From assembly GCA_964549075.1 (NCBI GenBank), contig CAZJUB010000033.1, positions 1 to 28,052 on the forward strand: a stretch of DNA of 28,052 bases. The letters run 5' to 3'. A program made the position numbers and the translations under genes. Positions 17,318 through 27,295 of this stretch are shown here, piece by piece. Within the stretch, counting starts at the first letter, position 1, and every line of letters begins with the position of its first letter. The notes beneath the pieces are model-generated. The model was not told where the DNA came from and searched no databases. It saw only the letters and a list, made by a program, of their open reading frames with translations. The stretch comes from an uncultured archaeon. Lineage in GTDB: Archaea; Asgardarchaeota; Heimdallarchaeia; Heimdallarchaeales; Heimdallarchaeaceae.

Positions 17318-19342
17318 TCAATTCGTTTTATATTTATTAAACCACTCAATAATTTTCTGTAACCTGTCTTTCACATGTTTAGGTTTACCTGATCTACTCA
17401 ATTCGTGCCCTTCTTCAGGATATCTAATTAACTCAGCTTCAACACCTACTCTAAGAAGTGAAGCAAAATACTCTTCTCCTTGGTTGATAGGTACCCTGAA
17501 ATCATTTTCAGAGTGTATTATCCTAGTTGGTGTCTTAACTTTATCAACATAAGCTATTGGAGACAATTCCCACAACTGATTCAAGTCTTCCCATGGATAA
17601 GATCCTAGTTCTTCACTAATGAATCTAGGGATATCAGTTGTTCCCCAGAAACTCACGTTGTTATAGACTCCACGTTGAGGAGCAGCAGCTTTAAAACGAT
17701 TATCATGTCCTATAATCCATGCTGTCATGTAACCGCCATATGATCCTCCAGTTATGAAAAGATTGTTTTCATCAACATAACCACGTTTTATTACTTCATC
17801 AACACCTTTCAAGATGTCTTGTTCTGGTTTTGTTCCCCAGTTTTTTACAATATAACGGAAATCATAACCTCTTCCACTAGAACCTTGAGGATTACAGTAA
17901 AATATGACATAACCTTGAGAAGCAAAAAATTGATATTCAAACCACATAGAGCGCTCATAAGGACTCCATGTAGCATGCGGACCGCCATGGATCTCAAGTA
18001 TAAGTGGATACTTCTTATTTTTATTAAAATCAGGAGGTTTTACAATCCATCCTTGAATATCAACATCCTCAAATCCTTTGAATCTTATTTCTTCTGTTTC
18101 AGAGATAATCTTATCTTTTAGAAACTCCTCATTTGATTTCCAAAGAATCTTAAGTTCTTTATACACAAAATCATATGTTTGAAGAATTGATATATCTTCT
18201 GTAGTAGAAACAACTAGAGCAATTATTCCTTGAGTACTGTCGACATCGAAAGAATAAATTAAAGAATCTCCGTTATAGATTTTTTCTAGACTCTCCCTTT
18301 CTATGTTGTATCTGTAGATTAAATTTCGTTCCCATTCATCAGAGATGAAATAAAGATAATTTGATTCAGCATCAAATATAGGTTCAAATGAATGATTATC
18401 TATAGTTTCACTTACCCATTTCTCTTGGCCTGTTATAGTATTATGTAGAGTTAACTGATTATTTTCAGTAGAAGGTACTGTAATTTCCTTAACTGAATTA
18501 TAAACTAACCATTCACCATTAGGAGACAGTTTCAATCCTGCTCCAAAACCATAAACTAATTTCAGTATTTTTTCTTCTTTTGTATCTACATCTATTTTCA
18601 CAATCTCGTACTCATAAAGATCGTTTAATTGTCCAGTCTCTTTGTATTTCACTGCAAAAATTGTCTTATTATCCAGACTTAAATAAGGATCAGAATAATT
18701 AAGATCACCTTCAGTAATTCTTTCTGTTTTTTTATCATCTAAATTTAGAATATAGATATGGCTTATTTTATCATCCATAAAATCTGTTCCTTTTCTATAA
18801 ACAATTTTTGAAATCACTCTAGGATTAATTTTTTCTTGTTCTTTCTCTTGTTCTTCTAGATTCTTAATTTTTACATCAAGTTCAGAGAGTTTTTCCTTCT
18901 CTTTCTTTTCCTCTTGTTCCTTATTTTTATTCTCTTCTTCTAGCTCATCTGCATTTATTCTATGAGTAAAAACAATCTTCTTCCCATCTAAAGACCAATT
19001 AAAATCTCCAACACCATTTTTCATGTTAGTATATCTAATTGCTTCACCACCAGTAATTGGCATAATGAAAAGTTGTGGTTTAGCTTTTTCTCCTCCTCGA
19101 ACTGAAAGAAAAGCAATTTTGTCTTTATTGGGAGAGAGTTTCATATTTGAGTCTTGAGATAATCCACTTGTAAATTGATAAGGTTCTTTTCCTTTAATAG
19201 CAAATATTGCAGAATTATACTTATCTTCACCTTGATTTATTTTCTGTTCTTCAAATAAAATTGTTTTTTCAGGTAGAATTTTTGTGGTTACAATTTTTTT
19301 GAATGAAAACAAATCATCAAGTTCAAATTTTGTTTTTTCCAT
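17318..19342 (-). CDS. S9 family peptidase (acylaminoacyl-peptidase-like)
   Basis: N-terminal beta-propeller repeats; IHGGP, GGSYGG, ENDFRV and EEGH (catalytic triad). Confidence 0.95.
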   Translation of the reverse strand: MEKTKFELDDLFSFKKIVTTKILPEKTILFEEQKINQGEDKYNSAIFAIKGKEPYQFTSGLSQDSNMKLSPNKDKIAFLSVRGGEKAKPQLFIMPITGGEAIRYTNMKNGVGDFNWSLDGKKIVFTHRINADELEEENKNKEQEEKKEKEKLSELDVKIKNLEEQEKEQEKINPRVISKIVYRKGTDFMDDKISHIYILNLDDKKTERITEGDLNYSDPYLSLDNKTIFAVKYKETGQLNDLYEYEIVKIDVDTKEEKILKLVYGFGAGLKLSPNGEWLVYNSVKEITVPSTENNQLTLHNTITGQEKWVSETIDNHSFEPIFDAESNYLYFISDEWERNLIYRYNIERESLEKIYNGDSLIYSFDVDSTQGIIALVVSTTEDISILQTYDFVYKELKILWKSNEEFLKDKIISETEEIRFKGFEDVDIQGWIVKPPDFNKNKKYPLILEIHGGPHATWSPYERSMWFEYQFFASQGYVIFYCNPQGSSGRGYDFRYIVKNWGTKPEQDILKGVDEVIKRGYVDENNLFITGGSYGGYMTAWIIGHDNRFKAAAPQRGVYNNVSFWGTTDIPRFISEELGSYPWEDLNQLWELSPIAYVDKVKTPTRIIHSENDFRVPINQGEEYFASLLRVGVEAELIRYPEEGHELSRSGKPKHVKDRLQKIIEWFNKYKTN

Positions 19343-19483
19343 TTAAAACAACTTTTTAGTTTGCCTAACCTTAAAATTGTGTCTTAATAATGTTTTCATT
19401 AACCTATTTCTTTTCAAAGAACATTGAAATCTGCAGTGTAAATTTTATATATGCAACTTTCATTATAGAAGGCTAGAAAAATA

Positions 19484-21859
19484 ATGGGTTTCATCGAGAG
19501 ATATCATAATTTCTTAGAAAAATACAAAGTGGTAGTTATCATAGTTTGGTTGGTCATCTTTGGATTTAGTGTCTGGTTAGGACCAAGATTTCTAGATGAA
19601 ACGTCATCAAATTTTGAAGCTCCTGAGGATTCACCTAGTGTTATCGCAGATGGAATCCTAGCAGAGGAATTCCCGAAATATATTAATCAAACAAGTGCAG
19701 TTATAGTTTTAAGAATGATTGAGGAAAATATAAGTATAATTAATTCTCAAACAGAGGCATTTTGTACTTCTTTAGGATATGATATTGAAAACTCGAATTT
19801 TAGTCAATATATTGTTTCTTTTCTCAACTATTACATTTTAAATGCTGAAAATTTAAGTGATTATGCTTCAGCATTAGTTTCTTCATCAGAGAGATCTATG
19901 ATAATAAATATTGAATTTGAATATGAAGAAGAAACAGGAATGATAGGTGCGTTTGTTCAATTCTTAAGAGATGAAATAGAAAAACTACATATTTCTGAGA
20001 CCTATAATGCATACTTAACAGGTTTCTATGTCATGTACATAGATATGCAAGCAGCTACTGAAGAAGACCTTACAAGAATGGACATGATTGTTTTACCAAT
20101 AGCTTTAGTGGTTCTTGCAGTTGTATTAAGAAGTCTCAAACTTATGATTATCCCACTAGCTTCGATGGGATTTAGTATCTTAACTTCTTTCCTAATTATG
20201 TATCCATTATCACTTGTCTGGGAAATATTTTCTTTTGCACCAAGTATAATGATGTCTCTAGTAATAGCACTTTCTATAGATTATTCACTATTTTTGTTAA
20301 CTAGATACAGAGAAGAAATAATGAAAGGAAAATCAGTTTCAGAATCTGTTCATTTAATGAGTAAGAACGCAGGTCATACAATTACAGTCTCAGGTCTGAT
20401 TCTGGTAGTATGTTATTTAGGTCTCGTTTTCTTTCCATTAGAATTATTATCAACTATAGGATTAAGTGCTGCAATTACAATATTTATAACACTAAGCGTT
20501 AATCTTACATTTACTCCTGCAATTCTCTTAACATTTAAAGAATTCTTCAAGAAATTTACTCTTTATAAGAAACTAAAAAGAAGAAAAATGGAAGAAGAGA
20601 AAGATGTTAAAAAGCGAGAGATAGCTGATCAACTAAGAAGTGTGTGGTATAAAGTAGGTAAATTTTCCACAAAATATGCTCCATTTCTAATAGTGATAAT
20701 CATTGCAATTGCAATACCCGTATCTATTCAAGTGTTTAAATTCCAAAGATCAATAGATTTTCTCCAGATTTTACCTAGAGGATCTGATTCAGATTTAGCT
20801 TATCAAGCATTTAGTGAGGATTTTAGCCCAGGTCAAATGCTCCCTTTCTATCTTATAATTAAAACGAATCAAACAAATGGTATTCTTTCTACTGAATTTT
20901 TCAGTAATGCTAGTTTAATAATAGACAGACTAGTAACGGATACACAAGTAGATTTAGAAAGTTTCACCTCAATTGTTTGTGTAGCAGGAACTTTTGTTCC
21001 TTACTCATTTGCAAGAAAATTTCTGAATGATTCATACCCAGAATACTATACAGCAGATGCGGCTATGTATAGAGAAATTTTCAAAATGAACACTAATTCA
21101 GACAATTCAACAACAACACTTAGTATAAGCACACCTTTTGACCCCTGGGGTGATAAAGCTGAAGAATGGGTGAAAACTACACGAGGAATAATCAATGAAG
21201 TTCAAGAGACTTATGGGTATGAACTCTACCTTGCAGCTGGTTCTGCATTTATGATTGATGCAATAGATGCAGTTTACAAACTATTTCCTATAATGATAAT
21301 AGTTACAATTGTGGTTATTTACGTTATAATCGCTATTATGTTTCGATCAGTCTTCATACCTTTTAGATTGATAGTTACAATAGGTTTGACGTTGTCTTGG
21401 ATTTATGGTTTGAGTATTCTGGTATTTGAGACAAGTGCTTTTAACACAATCATTCCAGCTCTGCAAAGAGTAACAGCTCTTTATTGGCTTGTACCTATAA
21501 TGGCGTTTACAATTCTAATAGGATTAGGATTAGATTACGATATATTCTTATTGTCTAGGATTTCAGAATATAGAGACAAAGGTTTTACAGAAAAAGCCTC
21601 TATACACAAAGGATTGTTCAAAACAGGGAATGTAATATCTTATGCAGGAATTATCATGGCCATAGCATTTAGTGGATTGATGCTATCAAAAGAGATGGTC
21701 TTAAATCAATTTGGATTTATGTTATGCATAGCAGTATTAATAGATACATTCATCATTCGAACAATACTAGTTCCAGCGATAATGGCTGTAGCAGAAAAGT
21801 GGAATTGGTGGCCAAAGAAAGTCCCTGAACCAATAAAAACGGAAATGGATATAGAATAA
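19484..21859 (+). CDS. MMPL family RND transporter
   Basis: SIDYSLFLLTRYREE and GLGLDYDIFLLSRISE duplicated halves; DTFIIRTILVPA..WNWWP. Confidence 0.95.
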   Translation: MGFIERYHNFLEKYKVVVIIVWLVIFGFSVWLGPRFLDETSSNFEAPEDSPSVIADGILAEEFPKYINQTSAVIVLRMIEENISIINSQTEAFCTSLGYDIENSNFSQYIVSFLNYYILNAENLSDYASALVSSSERSMIINIEFEYEEETGMIGAFVQFLRDEIEKLHISETYNAYLTGFYVMYIDMQAATEEDLTRMDMIVLPIALVVLAVVLRSLKLMIIPLASMGFSILTSFLIMYPLSLVWEIFSFAPSIMMSLVIALSIDYSLFLLTRYREEIMKGKSVSESVHLMSKNAGHTITVSGLILVVCYLGLVFFPLELLSTIGLSAAITIFITLSVNLTFTPAILLTFKEFFKKFTLYKKLKRRKMEEEKDVKKREIADQLRSVWYKVGKFSTKYAPFLIVIIIAIAIPVSIQVFKFQRSIDFLQILPRGSDSDLAYQAFSEDFSPGQMLPFYLIIKTNQTNGILSTEFFSNASLIIDRLVTDTQVDLESFTSIVCVAGTFVPYSFARKFLNDSYPEYYTADAAMYREIFKMNTNSDNSTTTLSISTPFDPWGDKAEEWVKTTRGIINEVQETYGYELYLAAGSAFMIDAIDAVYKLFPIMIIVTIVVIYVIIAIMFRSVFIPFRLIVTIGLTLSWIYGLSILVFETSAFNTIIPALQRVTALYWLVPIMAFTILIGLGLDYDIFLLSRISEYRDKGFTEKASIHKGLFKTGNVISYAGIIMAIAFSGLMLSKEMVLNQFGFMLCIAVLIDTFIIRTILVPAIMAVAEKWNWWPKKVPEPIKTEMDIE

Positions 21860-21884
21860 TTTCAAATATTTGCGATATAAGTTT

Positions 21885-22690
21885 ATGTCAGAATTCAATT
21901 TAATATTGAAAATGGCATCAAAACTAGGTAAAGGAACAATTATCATTCTTTTTTGTATTTTAAGTACACTTCTAGCCATACAGGGTTTGGAAACACTGTT
22001 GGAACAAAAGAATTTGTCAATATAGTTTGAGTAGGGAATTCATTTTTATGGTATGTTGACATATATGATGTTACTTTTGAAATTAAACTAGAAGCAGAAA
22101 CAGTTCTTAATAAAAATGATAAGATTGAAGTTACTATTAATAAAGAACCTGAATTAGAAAGCGCTGAGATTGGAGATGTTTTTGAAGGCATCACAGGAAT
22201 TGATTGTGTCAACTATACAGTAAATGATCAATATTTCAACTCAACAGATACTTTTCATTATGAACCATATCCATTCTATGCTGGTTGGATTTACGCTATT
22301 TCATTCCAAGGTATTGATACCCAAGGTTGTACAAATTTCATGGAATTGATGCAAGACATGTTTGAAGAACCAAAAGAAGGAATTTCTGTTATTACTAAAG
22401 AGCTTACTGAATCTTATTATGAGCTAGAGTATACTTATGAGACAGCTTTAGAAAAAAGATACATAAGGAAAAAATATGATAGAGACACTGGAATCTTATT
22501 AGCATGACATGAAGATGTCGAGCTATACGCCATTGGTAACATTGATATTCTATTGGTATCAGCTGATATTCTTCTAGTATATGAAGATGAAAAAATAAGA
22601 ACAGCTGATTTTTCCTTGTTAGTTTTAGTTCTCTGTTTTCAATTAATTACAATCTTTCTAAATAAATGGAAAAAGAAAAAAAAGAACTAA
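21885..22690 (+). pseudogene. Disrupted exported surface protein with C-terminal TM helix and basic tail
   Basis: Signal peptide from ATG 21885/21912 (GTIIILFCILSTLLAIQG) hits TAG at 22023. The -1 frame continues GNTVG..NIV*VGNSFLWYV...KYDRDTGILLA*HEDV...FSLLVLVLCFQLITIFLNKWKKKKKN to TAA 22688-22690, with in-frame TGA at 22028 and 22505. Confidence 0.75.
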
Positions 22691-24537
22691 AAGTAGACTA
22701 TTCCAATTAATTTCCAGAAGTAAGGTAACACAAAGGAAATCAAAAGCAATCCAAAGATATCAACTAAAGAACCAATTTTAGCCATTTCTTTGACTTCATA
22801 TTTACCTGTACTATATGCTATCATAGTAGGTGGCGTTCCTTGTGGTAACATGAAATCCACACTTGAACCTATTGCCGCTACAACAGCTAGTAGAAGAGGA
22901 TCTATATTAAATAGTAAGCCAAGAGGAATGACTAGTGGTACAAGAATGGATGCAGATCCAGTATTTGAAGCCATAAAAGTCAAAACAATACTAACAACAG
23001 CAATTAAAGCTATAAAGAGAATTTTACTTGAAATACCTATACCTTCTAAAGAAAAAGCAATAAGATCACCAGCACCTGATTCAGTAAGTATAACACCAAG
23101 TGTTAGTCCTCCTCCAAAAATTAAGATAGCATTCCAATTTAAATCATTAACATCCTTTCCTCTGAGAACAGTACTATTTTCAAATATAGCTGGTACAAAC
23201 AAGAGAAAAGCTGCGATTATTGCTACAATAGAAGAAGAAAATGTTGGGAAGAGGTATTTCTTTATTGTTCCTTCTAAAAACCAAAGGATTAAAGCTAAGA
23301 TGAAAATCGAAAGAACATAAATTTGTTTCTTGTTCAGATGTCCCATATTGTCAAGTTCTTTTTTAACTGCTTCTTTTGCATCTGTTATACTTTCTTTTGG
23401 TACTTCAGGTTTAAAAACTATCCAGAGGTATAACCAAATTAAAGGTAACATTAAAAGTACAATCGGGAGACCAAAAATGAACCATTGACTAAAAGTAATA
23501 GTTATTCCTGCAAACTGAGATAAAAGAGCAATAGCTATTGGATTTGCTGGTGTACCGATTGCAGAGCCAATACCTCCCAGAGAAGCGCTATATGCAATTC
23601 CTAAAATTAATGCTTTACTATATTTATCGATTTTTTTCTTATCAACTTCTTCGTGTACTTTGAATTTATCAGTAACTGCAACAGCAATGGGTATCATTGT
23701 AGCAGCAGTAGCTGTATTGCTCATAAACATTGAGAGGACTGCAGTAATAGTCATCATTAGAAGCATAAGGATTCTAGGATTATCAGGACTAATCCTGACA
23801 ATATTCAAAGATATCCATTTATCTAAACCTGTTTTATTCATTGCTTTTGAAATTACAAATCCTCCAAGAAATAAGAAAATCACTGGTTCAGCAAATGGAG
23901 CTAATAATCCACTAGCACCTAATTTTAACGTTATCACACCTACAACAGGTATCATCAAACTTGTTGCAACTAGAGGTATTGTTTCCATTACCCAAAGAAT
24001 ACCGACCGCAAATAGAAGAGATATCACCACATTAGACCTATATGGTAATCGTAAACTAAAAATAACCCATTTCTGAGCTTGATAATCAGCTTCTAAAGAA
24101 GAAGCTGGTAGAGTAAGATCTAATCCATTTTCTTCAGTACTTGAAATGCTAACACTAAAGTTGCCTATATTTGGTACAGGATTAACAGTATTATTCAGTG
24201 GGTCTGTAATTGAAGTTCTAATAATCAATTTTTTATCATAACCCACTTGCACTTTAGGTGAATAAGCTAACCAAAGCGTTAGGTTATCACCTAAATCATA
24301 AGTTTTTACTGTTTCTGGATGTGTAGTGCCATTGTACAATAAAAAAGTGAAGGAGATATTTTCAGAATACTGATTAGTACCGTTATCATAAAAACAGTGC
24401 AGAGTTGCCATATGCAATGCTTCTTCTTTCTCACCAGCTACAGTTCCCTGGGCCAAGCCCATTGTAAGTCCAATTGCAGTAACTAATAGCGCTACTGACA
24501 CAACTATCTTAACTATTTCTTGTTTTTTTATTTCCAT
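22687..24537 (-). CDS. DASS/SLC13 sodium:dicarboxylate or sulfate symporter with N-terminal extracellular insertion
   Basis: WVMETIP, FLFLGGF, SMFMSNTATA, GGIGSAIGTPANP, ASNT, FMLPQGTPP. Confidence 0.93.
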   Translation of the reverse strand: MEIKKQEIVKIVVSVALLVTAIGLTMGLAQGTVAGEKEEALHMATLHCFYDNGTNQYSENISFTFLLYNGTTHPETVKTYDLGDNLTLWLAYSPKVQVGYDKKLIIRTSITDPLNNTVNPVPNIGNFSVSISSTEENGLDLTLPASSLEADYQAQKWVIFSLRLPYRSNVVISLLFAVGILWVMETIPLVATSLMIPVVGVITLKLGASGLLAPFAEPVIFLFLGGFVISKAMNKTGLDKWISLNIVRISPDNPRILMLLMMTITAVLSMFMSNTATAATMIPIAVAVTDKFKVHEEVDKKKIDKYSKALILGIAYSASLGGIGSAIGTPANPIAIALLSQFAGITITFSQWFIFGLPIVLLMLPLIWLYLWIVFKPEVPKESITDAKEAVKKELDNMGHLNKKQIYVLSIFILALILWFLEGTIKKYLFPTFSSSIVAIIAAFLLFVPAIFENSTVLRGKDVNDLNWNAILIFGGGLTLGVILTESGAGDLIAFSLEGIGISSKILFIALIAVVSIVLTFMASNTGSASILVPLVIPLGLLFNIDPLLLAVVAAIGSSVDFMLPQGTPPTMIAYSTGKYEVKEMAKIGSLVDIFGLLLISFVLPYFWKLIGIVYF

Positions 24538-24567
24538 AAGATCCCTCTAATTTCACGATGGAAACAT

Positions 24568-25458
24568 TTAGTAAAACTCCTTAGTTATAATATCTATTTG
24601 CTCCTTACTCAAATCAAGAGGTGCTTTTGCAGGAATCACACCTTGATTGAGTGTAAAATCTCTCTCTTCGTAAGTTGTTTTATTCTCAATTTGATAGAAG
24701 ATTCCAATAGGTAAATCATCTTTAATGAATCTTTGATTTGAAAGATCTAATGCTGAATAAATATCTTCTTTATCATGGTCGGTATCTTCGACTTTGTAGA
24801 CCTTTTCTCTGAAATAATTGAAAGTTTGATTTTTATTGAAAGTTATACAGGGACTAAAAACATCAACAAATGCAAAACCTCTATGAGCGATTGCTTCTTT
24901 AATTACATAACTAAGATGTTGTAAATCACCTGAAAATCCTCTTGCAACAAAAGTAGCTCCTGCTGAAATTGCGACAGTAATAGGATTTAGAGGATTTTCT
25001 ATAGAACCTCTTGGTGTAGTTTTTGTAATAGTTCCAACTGGAGTTGTTGCACTAGCTTGACCTGTTGTCAAACCGTAAACAAAATTATTTGAGACTATTG
25101 TTATAATATCAACATTTCTTCTACAAGCATGTAAGAAGTGATTACCACCAATTCCGTAAATATCTCCGTCACCACCGTATACAAGTACAGTTAAATCAGG
25201 ATTGGCTAATCTTATACCAGTTGCAACAGGAATTCCTCGTCCATGAACTGTTTGAAGACCATAGACTTTCAGAAAGTTAGGCATATGTGAAGAACAACCT
25301 ATTCCACTTACTAAAACAACTTCCTCTGGAGTAAGCTCTAATTCTACTAGGGCTTGTCTTATAGCTCTCCATTGAGAGAAGTTCCCACATCCAGGGCACC
25401 ATGTTGGCTTGAAATTACTTTCATAATCTTTTAGAGAAAAATTGAATTCGTTACTCAA
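24568..25458 (-). CDS. korB: 2-oxoacid:ferredoxin oxidoreductase beta subunit
   Basis: WCPGCG, SGIGCS, HGR, GGDGD, YGLTTGQ, SPCITFN. Confidence 0.95.
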   Translation of the reverse strand: MSNEFNFSLKDYESNFKPTWCPGCGNFSQWRAIRQALVELELTPEEVVLVSGIGCSSHMPNFLKVYGLQTVHGRGIPVATGIRLANPDLTVLVYGGDGDIYGIGGNHFLHACRRNVDIITIVSNNFVYGLTTGQASATTPVGTITKTTPRGSIENPLNPITVAISAGATFVARGFSGDLQHLSYVIKEAIAHRGFAFVDVFSPCITFNKNQTFNYFREKVYKVEDTDHDKEDIYSALDLSNQRFIKDDLPIGIFYQIENKTTYEERDFTLNQGVIPAKAPLDLSKEQIDIITKEFY

Positions 25459-27199
25459 TATTCAACACCTCTTTTACTTTCGCAATAATCTGCGACGGAA
25501 CTATTGGTTCTCCGTCCCACCTTCTAAAACTATGTTTGATATCGAAGCCTGTTTTCATTCTAATGAAATCATTCATTTGACCAGTATAATTTTGTTCTAT
25601 ACAAAGTATCTCCTTTGAATCATCCAAAATCTTTCTAACTTGAGAAGTATGGAATGGATTAATTGTTTTAATATGTAATTGTTTAGCAGATATGCCTTCA
25701 TCTTTTAGTAAGTTGATAGCTTCTCTGACAATATACTTTGTCGAACCCCATGAAACCAAAGTAATAGAAGAATCTTCCTCTCCAAAAACAGAAGGCTCTT
25801 CAACTTCTTTCAAGATTAAGTCCAGTTTTCTCATTCGTTTTTTAACCATTTCTATTCTAATTGGAAGAGTCTCAGGCAATCCAGCTAATGTGGAAGCAAT
25901 GGAGGTTCCTCTCTCATTTCTTTCACTAGAACCAGTGAAAAACATTCCGTTTTTTGTTCCAGGTAGTGTTCTATCAGAAACACCAGATTCAGTGATTCGA
26001 TATCTTGTAAAATTTTCATCAGGATTTTTAAGAATTCCAAATCTTTTATTTTTCCTTTCCAAATCCAATTTTCTGACAGTAGCAATTTGCTCCGACAAAT
26101 ACAAATCCATTAAGATTATAACTACGATTTGATACTTCTCAGCAATTTCTATTGCTTCTATACCAACTTTAAATGCTTCAACAATTGAACTAGGAGCTAA
26201 AATAACCTTAGGAAATTCTCCTTGACTTGCACCATATACTTGGAAAAGATCAGCTTGTTCTGTTTTAGTAGCCATACCTGTTGATGGTCCAGCTCTTTGA
26301 GAGTTAATGACCACTAGTGGAATTTCTTCTATTCCTGCCATGCCTATAAGCTCTGTCATTAAGCTAAAACCTCCACCAGAGGTTCCAGTTGCTGCTCGTG
26401 CTCCACAGTAAGCTGCACCTATCGCCATTCCAACAGCAGCTATTTCATCCTCCGTTTGTTTAACAATCATTCCTAATTTAGGCAGATATCTTGTTAAATA
26501 ATGAACAATAGAGGTTGCAGGTGTCATAGGATAACCAGAATAGAATTTTAAACCAGCAGATAACATACCAAGAGCTAAAGCTTCGTTTCCAGAAATTATC
26601 ATCTGTTGAGCTTTTCCATATTTATGTTTCTCCCATTTAACTGGCCAATTATTTTCATTTGCATATGCATATCCTTTCTCTAAAGCTTCATAATTAGTAG
26701 ATACTATTTCTTCTCCTTTATCTCCAAATTGCTCAAATATTACTTCTTTAACAAGTTCTTCATCTAAACCTAGAATATAGCTTATTGCACCAAAACCAAC
26801 TATATTTTTTAAAACCTTTAATTTAGAAATATCTTTTGTAATAGATGCCAAAGGTATTGGAAGCTTAATTATATTTTCAGGATATTCTAACTCATCAAGA
26901 TCGATATAATCATTATCATAAATTACTTTATTACCAGAATTCACTCGTACCTTATGAATCTCAGCTACATGTTTATTCAAAAGAACTATAATATCCGCAT
27001 TTTCTCCTACTGAAAGCACTTCATCAGTTGAAGCTCGAATCTGGTATTCGTTATATCCACCACGGATAACTGACTGATAACTTCGAAAACCAAGAACATT
27101 AAAATTATGCTTTTTCAAGATTTTTCCGAATAGGTCACCTAAAGATACTAAACCGTCTCCTGCACTACCTACAAATCTGATTATAACATCTTTTGTCAT
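25451..27199 (-). CDS. korA: 2-oxoacid:ferredoxin oxidoreductase alpha subunit (gamma-alpha fusion)
   Basis: GSAGDG, IRGG, SGNEA, GYPMTP, EDEIAA, TSGGGFSLM, QRAGPSTG, EQNYTGQ. Confidence 0.95.
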   Translation of the reverse strand: MTKDVIIRFVGSAGDGLVSLGDLFGKILKKHNFNVLGFRSYQSVIRGGYNEYQIRASTDEVLSVGENADIIVLLNKHVAEIHKVRVNSGNKVIYDNDYIDLDELEYPENIIKLPIPLASITKDISKLKVLKNIVGFGAISYILGLDEELVKEVIFEQFGDKGEEIVSTNYEALEKGYAYANENNWPVKWEKHKYGKAQQMIISGNEALALGMLSAGLKFYSGYPMTPATSIVHYLTRYLPKLGMIVKQTEDEIAAVGMAIGAAYCGARAATGTSGGGFSLMTELIGMAGIEEIPLVVINSQRAGPSTGMATKTEQADLFQVYGASQGEFPKVILAPSSIVEAFKVGIEAIEIAEKYQIVVIILMDLYLSEQIATVRKLDLERKNKRFGILKNPDENFTRYRITESGVSDRTLPGTKNGMFFTGSSERNERGTSIASTLAGLPETLPIRIEMVKKRMRKLDLILKEVEEPSVFGEEDSSITLVSWGSTKYIVREAINLLKDEGISAKQLHIKTINPFHTSQVRKILDDSKEILCIEQNYTGQMNDFIRMKTGFDIKHSFRRWDGEPIVPSQIIAKVKEVLNIE

Positions 27200-27295
27200 T
27201 GGGCTTTTCCTAGCGATTTATAATGCTAACAGCTGAAGAAAAAGGTGACTTATGAATGTTATCTTGTGTCCTTATTCTTGATAAAATGTTACCAT

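Noticed and set aside
18835-18950. Low-complexity Glu/Lys-rich stretch in the S9 peptidase
   Set aside because: Charged loop at a position that is commonly variable in this family; not a tandem DNA repeat.
22028-22507. Selenocysteine or alternative genetic code for the in-frame TGAs
   Set aside because: TGA is the real stop of PPS, panE, NUDIX and S9 genes in this window; no redox-motif context or evident SECIS; the gene also carries a frameshift.
2336-26132. Short antisense or overlapping ORFs in the track (e.g. 2336, 4006, 4391, 5786, 7090, 13167, 13749, 14161, 17819, 21943, 22790, 23660, 25692)
   Set aside because: Shadows of well-supported genes or pseudogenes; no motifs or start signals.
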